A DNA stretch of 64,000 nucleotides from Macrostomum hystrix (lineage: Eukaryota; Animalia; Platyhelminthes). Shown in pieces: positions 12,801-25,100 of this stretch. Below the pieces are notes generated by a model, which was not told the origin of the DNA, did no database searches, and was given only the letters and a program-made list of their open reading frames with translations. How positions within the stretch are numbered: the first letter of the stretch is position 1; every line of letters begins with the position of its first letter. The stretch is from positions 3,534,001 to 3,598,000 of the forward strand of contig CATNEN010000011.1 of NCBI GenBank assembly GCA_950097015.1, read 5' to 3'. The position numbers were made by a program, and so were the translations under genes.

Positions 12801-14421
12801 GCCGACACCTCTGTCAGGGAACTTTCCAGAAGACTGCACCAAATTTTTTTCCGTATCGCCAACCACGAACGCGTGAGGTAAGAATTCATCTGCGAGCAGA
12901 CTTGGCTGCATGTACCCACGTCTGGTTGCGACCAGATCGAGTTCGACGTCCCCTAGAAGCACCCTACTAGGGACCCTATGCAGTGCTGGATAGACACGAA
13001 ACGACATTCACATTGCGAATCAACGGCAAGCCTTCTGTGGTGTCTATCGATCGAGTGAAACCAGCTACACTCCCAGCACCGTTACCAATTAGCAAAGCAC
13101 CAGCAACTACTGTAACACCGGAAATCCCACCAGCAGAAAACATACGCGCTAAGCCGCTTGCCCCGTTCGTTTTTCCACAGATTTATCCGTTAAACAGTTT
13201 TACGCAACTAAACCATTATTAACCTAACTGAAAATCATCGTTTTCTAACTGTTTCATAATGACAATCACTACCTTTGCATAAACTCCGCTTTTGGGTGGG
13301 GGAGTATCTTGTAGCGGCAAATTCACTTCTTATTTTTGACTCTGAATATTTGAAGATTCAAATCGTACTTTTATTCCCCGCTTACCCTGATTTTGTCTAT
13401 GACCCTTGTTATCATTAGGTACAGTCTCCAGGTTAAGACTTGAATGTAACCCCCACGAAAAAAGTAAATAAACAGCACAAGCTTTTGCCGACACTTGAAT
13501 ACACGGAGCAAACCAGCAAACCAGCTACAATGCATCTTAGAACCTGAGTTTTCTTGGGTGTAGCCAATTACGAGTTCTTTTAGCCGTAAGTGAATAAATT
13601 GGCTTTACAAAATACTGCACGATAATAACACCATGCCAGCGCAGTAGTTACTTTTTTGCATAAAATAACAGCAATTAAAACTCACTTCGCAATGATCCCA
13701 ATCCAACGAAAGCCACATTAAAAGAAGCAACAGCCCGATAGCTGAACTCGAAGCCTGATATCCAGTTTGCCCCGTTATTCTTGCACCGAATCAGAACCGG
13801 GCTTGGCAGCCAAAACTCTGACAGAGTTAAGTCATCAGGTCTGAGTCTGAAGCGCTCAGTGCTATTGCTTGGCGACACAGTCATCTCGTGCAAGTGAGCT
13901 GTACTGCAGATGCTGTCAAATATGAAGTACGTCAACTTTATTGCAACAGAAGCGGTCGTTCTGATAACCCAGCAGTGATCGACCTCAGATCCTGCGCCTC
14001 GATAGTTTGTTGCATCAGCTGTTGCTCTAGCAGTGCCCGCCGGCTGGCTCAGGTAGGTGTATGTCAAGCATGAACCTGGGTGTGTTTTAGTGAAGGGAAT
14101 AATGACAGTATTTAATGAAAGTAATTCATTTCACCTGCCCCAATTCGACCAGTTGTATGCAGCCGAAAGCCCAGCCGCAGCTATTGCGCGGCGCATCTGC
14201 GCGGCGTACGGCTGGTCAGTCCATCGACTCGGGGATGACACACTCAGCCTCAATTACCCCAGCTAATGCTGGTACCCTTTTGACAACTGTTTGAAGTCAA
14301 CGCGGATGTAAGTTTCTTAAAAAAATGTTTTGGATGAATTTTTAATAATATTTTTGTATTCGAACTCACCGACCAGACCGACGGAGCTAGTCATCAACAA
14401 CACTATGATTTTGGGCCACAT
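6828..14421 (-). CDS. CUB-CUB-(Ig-like)2-TM receptor paralogue 2 (module 2 deleted, frameshift before TM; possibly secreted or pseudogene)
   Basis: Exons 14421-14370, 14075-13686, 9068-8709, 8614-8463, 8367-8229, 7548-7379, 7277-7121, 7079-6828. The TM exon is 2 nt shorter than in paralogue 3 (CA-repeat), and the last-exon acceptor is CAC instead of CAG. A Gypsy element sits in intron 2. Confidence 0.7.
9204..9433 (+). repeat. 5' LTR
   Basis: TG...CA termini, AATAAA, aligns with 13310-13529 at roughly 80% identity by eye. Confidence 0.9.
9458..13222 (+). pseudogene. Gypsy gag-pol, frameshifted
   Basis: Gag (LESQLKLAGIVNPTTKFHHTLAAL); RT (SPWASP, WRPCGDYRALN, MPFGVRNA, FIDNILV with a catalytic Asp lost); RNase H (TTDASATAIG, ELLAIF, DHKP); integrase (HIDLVGP, TDQG, NGIVERTHRTLK). 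Split over several ORFs by frameshifts. Confidence 0.9.
13310..13529 (+). repeat. 3' LTR
   Basis: TGTAGCGGC...CCAGCTACA, preceded by a polypurine tract. Confidence 0.9.
14130..14300 (-). mobile_element. SINE family 1, 3' half (intron 1 of paralogue 2)
   Basis: Aligns with 2345-2500 at the same intronic position; the head is deleted. Confidence 0.7.
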
Positions 14422-14759
14422 GGCCAAGTGAAGTGAATTAAAATGCTGTCTCGAAGTGTATTGAACTGTCAGACTTGTAATATATGAAAGGAATCGTTAG
14501 CAGTGAACTACAAGGATATCTAGGAAATACGCGCTCGTTCCACTGATTATATTTATGGCTTTAGAAATGCACATCATAAAAGATTATTTATCCAGTCTTG
14601 TTCTGAATACAGTGAAAGTATCTTTGTTAACATAGGCGTTTAAATATTTAAGCGACTGTATCTAATTACAGTTACAAGACCAGATAATGATAGCATCACG
14701 AAACTAGATAGCATGTAGATAACCGTAGCCGCAACTGCGTGATGCAGGTTAATCCCACT

Positions 14760-15700
14760 TGGAAGAAAGGCCCAGGTAGAGGGTCTTGCCCGTTCCCTCC
14801 TTAGCCGTGACCTCCTTAAAAGCCCTGTACCTCCTGCAGGGAGGAGGCGGCCGCGCTTTCTCGACAGTCATCTCAGGGAACTCACCGGAGTCCCAGACGA
14901 TGCTGGAGAGATTGACCTTGGAGGCCTTGGTGCTCCCCGCTGCGGATGATGAGCCAGGATGATGTTGCCGTTATCAAAACGGATGGACTCGACCTCGATG
15001 TTGAGCTGGTCGTTATCCCACAGGAAGTCGTCAACTTTTGCAACGACAGCTTCCAAATGGGCTTCATTTAGCATCCCGCCCGTGGCCCGAACGCAGATCT
15101 TGTGGGCCGGCTCAGCTGCAAACTTGGCAAAGCTGGCATCCTTTCTATTTTGAGCGTTTGGCCGCCGTGGGGGTGGTCTTGTCATCTCCAGCCACTTGCT
15201 AGAGCGAGCATCGCGGTTACACCGCAACACGAGGGTGAAGCCCTCTTTGCCAACACCGCCCGAAGGGCGGAGGCAGGTTTCCCTGCAGCAGGGGTATGGT
15301 GGGCCGAGGGGTTCGCCGCAGAGGAAACCTCCGAGTTGGAGGGCTGGGGATCGACGGACCGGATCAGGTGATTTGTTAGCGTCAATGGGCTTTGGCTGAA
15401 AAGGAGAGCGAATGATGTTTCGATGATTCCCTCCCTGGCAAGGCTCGGGCGGCTCCCCAGTCCACACTCAGCAAGATCAAGGGCAAGGGCCGGAAGCCAG
15501 GGTAGGCGAGCAACGCCAGATCGAGTTGACTGCCAGCGTCACCAGCTTCCCCCAGCTGAACCCGGCACTCGCGAACCTGCGTTGTACCAGTTGCATCTGC
15601 TGGCTGTCGATGGGTGCCCGTTGATGGAGCCCCGTCCATCCCCCCGTGACATGGTGGATGTTACAGGACCCCTCGGTTTGCAGACGCCGTTGCCCCCTAA
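14760..15700 (-). mobile_element. Non-LTR retrotransposon ORF1 (gag-like, DUF4780-like) fragment
   Basis: GC-rich insert; translation [51 protein letters not shown]...[27 protein letters not shown] (with a frameshift) resembles R1/LOA-type ORF1. Recognised by memory, not by search. Confidence 0.5.
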
Positions 15701-18119
15701 TCAAGTATAGGTGTATGTTGAGAACAACGACAAAACATTTTCAATAAAAAAACCATGAGTAGGCCAAGCTGTAGGCTAACTTTATGGCTGATTGGTTACT
15801 ACTGTGTTTCTTTACAAATAACCGAAAGAAATTAAGATCAATTATCTAATCAATTACAAGTACTTTATAAGTGCCCACCTCGCTAGTGCATTTTTGCGTA
15901 AAAATCTGCCTTCAATAATTTTTCCAAGAAAAGAAATGTCTTGTCTTTCATCTAGTGGTCCTTGGCTACTATACGAGCTAATTAAAGCAATAAAAGCTGC
16001 TATTGTTGATTAATTTAATTTTAATAGTTTCTACTTTGTTACTCTGTTGTCCATACTAAACATATAGTCTATAAAAAGTAACCAAATTTCAAATACAAAT
16101 TTAGGAATTGTTTACTTACTTGGACACATCGTGAAGTATATTTAGGCCTCAGTCTGGAAATAGCAACGAAAGCTTCTAGCTGTAATTCAAGTAATTAGAT
16201 GCAATGTTTCTGTGATGTGCCAGTCGGACATATTGATGTGTCCAAACTCAATCCCAGGCCTTATAGAGTATAATTATACTCTTTTGATCCGATTTTTCAT
16301 ACTCATCACCTGCCAGTTTCCCCATTGAATTGTGTGTCAGCCTGGGTGGTCAGGGCACGTGATGACTCGATGAGTCATCGCCTTGATACCTCAGACCTTT
16401 CAAAGCGACCACCCCACATCCGCTTCTCACTGTTCTTGTTCACCCAAGCGTGACGGGAGCTTATCAACAAATGTCCTTTTCATTTTGAAGGACGCGATCC
16501 CCTTAGTGATTTTCCCAAATTTAATACAAAGAATTAATCACCACAATGCAATATTCGAGACAAAGTATTACCATAAGTATAAGTATAAGTATTTCTATAA
16601 GTAATTTACATAATTAATAAGAAAACTCATGATTATTAAGCTGTTGCGTATCTATTCTGTAATATCACCTGCCCCATCTCTCCCCAAGCTTACTATACAA
16701 CGTCGGGCCAATCAGAGCGCGGCAGGGCTTCGTTGTACACTGCGCAGGGCCAAGACTGTGTCAACGGGGATTTTCCATCACGGTTCACGTGCGTGATGCA
16801 TGAAATCTTCCTTCTATGATCTCGTCGTTTTTCCTCCCAAAAAGCCAGACGCTCCGCTAACTTCGGACCCGTAGCGCCCCCTTCGTCCCGCTCGACATTT
16901 TCGGACGTGCTCCCTCACCTATATCCCCCTGCTACTTTCCCGCATAATTATCTTATTCCCTCTTCCCCTAAATCATCTCACCTCCCCTAAATCATGTCGA
17001 GTCCCCAATCCCGAATATATTAATCCCCAATCCCCCGAGTCATCACGGCAAGCTTTCGCCCCTGAGAACAACGACGGTCGACCTTGCGCCCAGCCGCCTG
17101 ACCCTGCAGTACAGCCGTGGCCAGCTGCTATCTGGATGAGCCCGACTCAAGGTATTTGCTGATTTGCTTCTGACCGCATTGAGCAGCAAAATTTCGCCAA
17201 TCGCTTTCCATCTAAACAATAAACAATTGCAAGCGTGGAGCCATTGCTCGAAGGTGTTCGAATCGTTAAATCTAGCACTTTTCCTCTGCTCATTTAAGCA
17301 TGCAGGCTAGTGGGTAAAAGGCGCATGTCACTGTGATTTGAGAGAGGGCGGTTGGCGGATCGAATTGTAGAAGATAATGTAATAATACGATGCGATAATA
17401 CTAATAGCAGTACAGTTTGCACACAGAGCTGCATTTATTAGAGCATAAGGTTTTAACAACGATGAGCGACACAGACCTTGGATTGAACCTTTATATTTAA
17501 ATTTTAGCAAATGCATCATCCCCAGCTAAGGTAGGATCGTGAAAGTACAAAGGAACCCCCTCTGCAAAAGACCCGATCTACTTTAAGTAGTACCTACCCT
17601 AAAACCCGATGTCTAGAATTAGAGTAGACAATGGGACCTTGGACAATGGGACCAGCAAACCAGCTACCAATCATTACTAGGGCGGGTGCCTCTCGGGAAG
17701 TAAAGCCTTTACTCTGTCCCTTACTTTATCTCATTTCACTCTGTTAATCTCTGTCCAACGTTTGCGTGAGTGGGTGATGAATATTGACAACGATAGTTAA
17801 AGAGACGGAAGCATGTAAAATGTGCCTTTTGCATTCGGTGTAAACAAAAGTCATAACAGTACCACTCAGCAGTACTCCATCTTGCCAGTGATGATCAGAG
17901 AAATCAATTTCAGCAGGTGTTTGACGATTTGATCTTTACAAATTTTGACAGCCTTCACTAAGACTTGATGATCTTCACTACACTTAGACTTAGACCTTCA
18001 CTAAGTGGTCCTTGAGGTTTTTTTGACCGCTGGTTGTTCTATTTCATGCTAGCTACTTAGAACACAGGCTTAAAGGCTTTGAAGTAGACCGAAGTGTGTT
18101 GTATTTTTGTCTTTTAGTG

Positions 18120-18420
18120 GACAACCGATAAGGGGTTCCAGTATAGCGGATCCAGCATAGGACTCAGGATGCAAAGGCCAGAGGTTATTTTCCCCGACAG
18201 CACTAGAAAAATTTGCGTCATTTGGCTCTGCACTCTGCACTGCTTCACTTCACCCAGCAGTTGTACCCCAGCAAAAAGCTGGAGTAATTGACGGTGGGTG
18301 TGGCGTCCCCCTGTCCATGGACTGAACAGCCGTGTGCAGCCTTCAGAGAAAAAGCTGCGGCTGTTCTGTCGGCTAGACATCAGGCCTACAAGGGGCAGGT
18401 GTATAGTGAGTTATAATTAT
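18120..18420 (+). mobile_element. SINE family 1, degenerate copy
   Basis: CATTGCTTCACTTCACCCAGC...GGTGGGTGTGGCGTCCCC...CATGGACTGAACAG...GGGCAGGTGTA matches the 5489 copy. Confidence 0.7.
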
Positions 18421-18434
18421 TTTTTGTAATTTTA

Positions 18435-18845
18435 TTAATTATATTTGGTAGTTTTCTGTCGGGCAAACGAAAAAATTCCGACGACGACCAACAAGAATTG
18501 TATGGTGGTCATTTGGTGGCACTAGACCTACAGCCAGCAAGGAGGCAATTCTGCCCATTTCGCTGACTCCCGACAGCACTCCCGATTTCGCTGACACGGG
18601 CGCAGATATTGTACGGAGGCATACGCTCACACAGGTGTGCACATCTGCCCTGACTTTCTCATCGTCAGGCAGAGTACACTTCACTGTGCCTTGGAGGTTA
18701 GCCATATAGAGCGTCAATTGCACGACAAGCGCCCAAGCCTTCTCTCCGCGGCTGTGCCCCAAATAAATGTGGCCTCACCGCGGAATCGAGCTCAAGGACC
18801 TTGGCAGGACACGCAAACACCTAAACCGCTCTGCCACCCACCCTC
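18435..18845 (-). mobile_element. tRNA-derived SINE, family 2
   Basis: Minus-strand head GGGTGGCAGAGCGG...GAGCTCGATTCCGCGG; body CTGCCTGACGATGAGAAA...GAGTCAGCGAAATGGGCAGAATTG shared with 36100 and 49775. Confidence 0.7.
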
Positions 18846-19161
18846 TTCTACTTGAAGCAATTTCGAGTTTAATATAACTTCACTTTTGATAGATATTTTT
18901 AAGGTGTTTGTGAACCTTGTTAATTATCTTGCTACAAATGTAAACACAAAAACGGACCACGACCAACAATTACTATATTGAACAAGTGCTGGCTGGTCGC
19001 GTGTTTACCGACCGCCACAAGCCATAAATATAATCAGTGGAACGAGCGCGCATTTCCTAGATATCCTTGTAGTTCATTGCTAACGATTCCTTTCATATAT
19101 TACAAGTCAGTTAGACAGTTTAATACACTTCGAGCCAGCATTTGAGTTCACTGCACTGGCT

Positions 19162-22100
19162 ATGTGGGCCAAAATCATAGTGTTGTTGATGACTAGCTCC
19201 GTCGGTCTGGTCGGTGAGTTAGAATACAAAAATAGAATTAGGCATTTCAAATAAGTAATTCAACTAGTAAGACTGTTTGAACTGATACATAACATTTGAC
19301 GGGAAAAAAACTCCCTAAATATTACCCTGCTAATAACAATAACTAAATTTCCGCGTGATTGCGTAAAATGCAATTCATGCAATTTACCCTGACAAAGGGG
19401 GTTGTAGCCTAGCGGTTACAGCTAGGTCGGGGTACGTAAGTCGGGGTACAATTTCCCGGCTCCACTGGAAATATTTTTTCGCGTTTTTTATTAAAGAAAC
19501 TTACGCTCGTACATCTGCATTTTTTTACTTCAAACAGCTGTTAAAAGGGTACCAGCATTAGCTGGGGTAATTAAGGCTGGGTGTGTCATCCCCCGAGTCG
19601 ATGGACTGACCAGCCATTCACAGCCTTTAAATGCGCCGCGCAATAGGGCAGGTGTAATCATGTATTCTCATTAACTATTCTCATTATTCCCTTCACAAAA
19701 ACACACACAGGTTCATGCTTGACATACACCAAACTGAGCTTGCCGGCGGGCACTGCTAGAGCAACAGCTGATGCAACAAACTATCGAGGCGCAGGATCTG
19801 AGGTCGATCACTGCTGGGTTATTAGAACGAACGGTTCTGTTGCTATAAAGTTGACGTATTTCATGTTTGACGGCATCTGCCGTACAGTTCACTTGCATGA
19901 GATGACTGTGTCGCCAAGTGAAAGTACTGAGCGCTTCAGGATAAGACCTGATGACGTAACTCTGTCAGAGTTTTGGCTGCCAAGCCCGGTTCTGATTCGG
20001 TGCAAGAATAACGGGGCGAACTGGATATCAGGCTTCGAGTTCAGCTATCGGGCTGTTGCTTCTTTTAATGTGGCTTTCGTTGGACTGCGCTCATTGCGAA
20101 GTGAGTTTTTACCGCGGTAATTTTGTGCAAAATTGATCCTGGTGCTCTCGTACTCTGGCAAGCTTGGATTATCATGAAAGGAAAATCGTGTTTCTTATAC
20201 ACGACGTTAAGTTTCTGAACTGCAAATAGGGATGCAAGCAGTTTTAAAATTCAAAGTCCTTGCCATGAACTCTTTTTAGCTTCTTTGATCCACTAATTAC
20301 AAAAATAGATAGACAGACAGTATAGTGAGCTCTCGCGCACGCAAAGCAGATGAGAGGCTCAGGCGACTTTGGTCTGAGGATTGTGACCCAAAGCGCCTGT
20401 GAGTCAGCCAAAAAACAGTCTGCGAGTGTCACAGTTCACCCTCGGCCACGGCGCTTCCACTTTGTCGTCTGAAGCAGGATGACAAGCGCCAACGGGACTT
20501 GGTCGCAGCGGCCGTGACTCCGCAGCAGTGGTCCAGCAGCATCCAGTGGCGAATCGGCTTTCAGAGCACCACAGAAATTCTTCAGAAGCGACCTTTAACA
20601 GGCAGATGCGCTTTGAGATCACCGGCAAGAAGCAAGATTGCGGGATGGAATTAAATTTAGCAGGTGGCCCGGGGTGTCTTAGAAAGCCTAGCCTCGGTCA
20701 CTACAGGATTCTTGCTGGTGCAGGGGCTGTCGAGCCACAAACACAGACAACATGCCGGCGCCTGTCCTGTCCAAGGCAAAGACCAAAGCGCTCAGAGGGA
20801 AGTCGGATGTCCAGGAGGGCTTTGCAATCAGAAAGCCAGCTCCAACGCCTCGGAGATCTGAGGACCAGCTTGGTCAGCTCCGACGGATGACTGAGGGTGC
20901 AGGCGTCGAACATGAGCCGAAACTGAGCCGGATCACGTTACTAAGCTGGTTATTTTCTCATTTATAATTTCATTTTTTATTGGGCCTCGTTTGATTGTAA
21001 GTGCGCAATACATGTAAACGGACAACTGAGAAAGCCAGAAAAATCACTATTTAAAGACCCGCCAAAAACGAAGCGATTTTGAGAATAACCACAGCCATTT
21101 AGAAGTTACTCCATTGAGTTTAAATAATCTCATCTGATGATTTTACATGAATTATATGTTATCTTGTTCCCTTTACAAAATTAATAATCATATTGAAATG
21201 GTTGGGAGTTTTTAAAGCCACTGGCCTGCCCTCGTGAAGGGTGGGAGCTTGGAGACAGGCTATAGAGTCGATTGTCTATCTGCCTAGCTACTCGCGAGAT
21301 GCCGCGGAGAGAGGGAGGGAGAAGGGCGGAGATGAGGAGGTTCAATGGCTGCAGGGAGTTGTCCTATTTGCCTCAGGCTGGCCAGTCCCACTCGTCCCAT
21401 AGGCCACAGGCATGACTGCCGTGCCTACCCCAAGCTGTGCTCGAAACCGGCGAAAAGTCTAAAGGGGGCGTCGGATTATCCGGAATCGGAAAAGACAGGG
21501 CTAGGTAGCCTACTGTCGTCAGTAGTGCGGTGCGCCACCGACTCCTAGCCTTGGTAGCGGTGGTCGAACCGGTCTAGGCTCTTGCCACAGAACTGCGGAA
21601 AGGCTATCGGCAAAGCGGATAGATGTTCTAGGGTAGCGCCACCACCCAATGCGCCTACGTTGCCACCGCAGGCATTTGGGAACTTGGGTCCCCGGAGTAC
21701 ACAGCTCCTAGTTTATCACGCAGATCTAGACAAGCCGAAAATAGGGCATTACTGCAACTTCCGTTTTAGACTGGGGTGAGAGCCCCAGAATGGATCGAGA
21801 CACGCCTCAAAAGGGGATTCCTGAGTTTGCGCTACAGGGGTCTAGAAAGGTGGTACTAAGAACTTGAATGAGAATCCATAGCCAGAATCCTACTCATAAC
21901 ACATCAGACACATTCCATAAATTAGACTGCAGCCCACTAACAACTAACAAATCCGAACCTGTGTGAGTTGAGGAGATCAGAGGCTGGAGAGATTAAACAG
22001 AAAAGCTGGCTGAGTGATTATGCAAGCGGAAGATTATTAGATCATCACTCTCGCTTCCGTGGCCGCAGTTGCAAAAGGGGGACAGGGGGAAAACTCCATT

Positions 22101-25100
22101 GGAAAGGGAGTTCGACACGTACACTTTGAGGCCGCTCAACAAGAGGGAGAAGGAAAGCCGGCCAAGGTTTCCCCCAACGCCCTGGAAAGAAATGCACATG
22201 CTACACTCCGCATCTGCTTGCAACCCCTAGCTCCTTATTTACTCTCGTGCGCGCTTACAGTTGTCTTCCTGCCGCAGCCTTCAGCTCGGCCTCGCCAGAG
22301 CCCACCCCCTAGTGAATTAGCCGCTCATAACTGAGGGCTGTCTATGACAAATAAATAGAAGAGAACAAACAAGGATGAGGTTTAAATTGTAATTAAGTTG
22401 GCCTAAAGTATAACTGGCTAAAATGATCAGTTTATTCGCCTAGGAACCCAATGCCCGCTTCCCGCTATTAAGCCGCCTAACTAGCAAATCGGTCCCTTAG
22501 GAATAGCAATTAAAAGAAACCGCTACGCGGGTTACTTAGCTGAAATGCCGGTCGCGTGCTGCAGGCAGGGCAAGATCAGCGAGGAAAGAGAAAGGGGAAG
22601 GCTAACGGTGAGCTGGCAGGGGCCAACACACTGGTGGGCGCGGAGCGCAATTTGAGAGCTCACCTAAAGAGGTGGCTTGCCCTATTCGGGGCTTATAGAC
22701 AGGCAATGGGCCTGTAAGCGCTAGCTGAGCTTAAAGCTCTTGGGTCTAAGCCTTAAGTTGGTGGAGTTAGACTCCGAAGTAGGTAAAGGGACTCGGCTTC
22801 AGGAGTCCGCGGACTAAGGCGAGCCCGCGGGTCCGAGGCAGTCGCACGTTTGCGGAGGGAAGGTCCGAAGGGTCCGGTTTCCGGGGGTCTGGTCTTGAGG
22901 GAGCAGTGCAGCGCTCTTGCTTAAATAGTCCTGCAGCACGCCAACCTCGATTTTCATCAAAATATCCCACATCCTCGCCGGCCTGTCAACGAGGAATCGG
23001 AGCGGCGATGGGCCACCCCGATTACCCAATGAACCAGCGGCGAGAAACGACAGATGCTCCTTTACGAGCAGCCGCCGGCAGTCGGCCAATAATTGCTACT
23101 CCGCCAGGACAATGGGAAGCGCAGGCGCCGACCTGCCTACAGTGACATTACATGTATCTTAAGGGGAAAGGTCATATAATCGAGCTGCGCTCGGATTACA
23201 CTAAAGAAGTGGGTGGGGACATAAAGAATTATCGATCACTCATAATGCCTGAGTGATTTCCGATATCTGATCGCGGTTTGGAGGGGAATTATGACCTAAA
23301 CTAGCTCATACAGTAACGTTATGGGCCCGCGATCAGTCATTCCTACAGGGGTCAAGACAGATTCAGGGAGAGGGGATCCATGGCTACTTAATTCACCGCC
23401 GCCCCAAAACCGGCCCTAATATTAATGATCTTGCTTTTGTGGCCAGCTGCTATTTGGGTCGCGATTATTAATTGCTTAAAATTTCGAAAGTTTGGCTGGC
23501 TCACACCCTCACTCGAGTCTCTTAGTACACTCCACATCAATATAAAAAACTTTTATTTTGTACAGCTCCATCAGTCGAGATAATCAAGGAAGTCAGCGGT
23601 CAAAGAACTAGCCACCCAGGCTTCAGCAATTATCATTATTTCAACGACATAGTCGAAGCATGGAGCATTCACGCCGAGAGTTATCAAACTGTTCATATTA
23701 ACATTGAGTTGTTTGAATCCGAAAGCGGCTTTGACATGCTGCAAGTGTTTAATGGGATCTTTCCAACATTGACTAACGAATCCCTATTTAACATCACTGG
23801 TGGGCCACACAGAAACGTTGCGAGAAGCTTTACTGGCAGTGTGACTCTGGTCTTCAGAACTGATGACTCAGCTATAAGGTCCGGATTTCGGTTTCAATTT
23901 TCAGTTTGTGATGGCTTGTACTCAGGTAGGCAGGTTTAACTACTTTAATCACAGCTACTATTGCTACTTCATGTACTAAATTACTGTCTAAAATATTCTT
24001 CCAAAAGATTGCGCCAAACCGAATATACAAACCATGTTTCATCGCTGGACTGGAAAAGCATCGAATGGTACATTCATTTCGCTTTTGCACCACGACATCT
24101 ATCATCTTGACTATTGCTTTATTTGGCTGAGCTGCTCTGAAAACGCAGTTCCAATTTCCGTACGATACAATGCGACTTGATTTTTATTTTGATAACCACA
24201 AAAACTTCAAACGTCATTGAAAATTCGAACCGTAAATTCTAAAACTATTTTTAGCCGCTGCACTACTCGCACGGCTACAAGTCGATGAAATCAGTAGTGC
24301 ATCTTGGCAGTTTATTAAGAAATGGCTGCATTCGCCAAATCAAGTGTAGACTTGCTGGAGCGTCAGTTCTACAGGATCTAAAATTGCCTTCGTGTAAGTC
24401 CCTGTTAATTACTATGTGAGAGTAATTTACTATTTAGTCGTTCCCGTGAAAAGACCACGGGAGAATTTCAAACAACCACAGCCAACTTCACGATAGCTCT
24501 CAATACGAATGACCACCTTTGCATCTAAACTTAACGCCCTTTGCGATGAACTGGCTTTCAAAGCCGCCCGATGTCAGCATCGTCGAGATATTCTGCGATT
24601 ATTGTCGAAGGCTCTGTTGACTAAAAATTCGCTGTATATTTTTTTAGAATGTATCATAGTTAAAAAGAGAATATAAAAATATAATCCATACAATATTATC
24701 AACAATAACAGCCGACATTGGTTGCATATGAAATATCGTGAGCAGAAAAGTATGCCTACTGTCAGTCAGCTCCCCCGACAAAAATCGTTGAATATCCCGA
24801 TTACGCAGATGCTTTATTCTGGAAATTGTTTCATGAGAAAGAGAGGGACATTTGAGTCCATGCTCTGGATTCTTATGTCGATCATCGAATAATTTGATAG
24901 CTGCAGAAAAAATAAAAATGGGTTCATTGGATGTACCCACCGTCGTCCTTCGTCTGTCCAGCCTATGGAGATTTCTCTGCACTGAAAGTATAGCTGAGCT
25001 GCAAACACTTTTTAGCTCATCCAGAGGTGCTGAGAATCGAGCTGCTGCAACCTGAACTGTGGCCACTCACTGGAGTAGTTCAGTTTCGGACAGTATCTGA

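Larger units (their letters stand above)
9204..13529 (+). mobile_element. Ty3/Gypsy LTR retrotransposon, full length but inactivated
   Basis: LTRs 9204-9433 and 13310-13529 (TGTAGC...GCTACA); PBS TGGTAGCTGAGCG (tRNA-Met-like) after the 5' LTR; PPT GGGTGGGGGAG before the 3' LTR; gag, RT, RNase H and integrase in Gypsy order; imperfect 4-bp TSD ATAC/ATGC. Confidence 0.93.

Noticed and set aside
11439-13007. Minus-strand ORFs within Gypsy pol
   Set aside because: Antisense shadows of the pol reading frames.
17650-17675. 15-nt match to the Gypsy LTR end (CAGCAAACCAGCTAC)
   Set aside because: No further LTR similarity on either side; probably chance or a tiny remnant.
24430-24950. Conserved exon-looking blocks in intron 5 of the CUB genes (also ~100-700, 7640-8160, 31700-31920)
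   Set aside because: Stops and non-triplet indels differ between paralogues, phases fit without them, and part of the block recurs in a KCNQ intron (44910-45000), so it is at least partly a dispersed repeat. A long-dead fourth module cannot be excluded.
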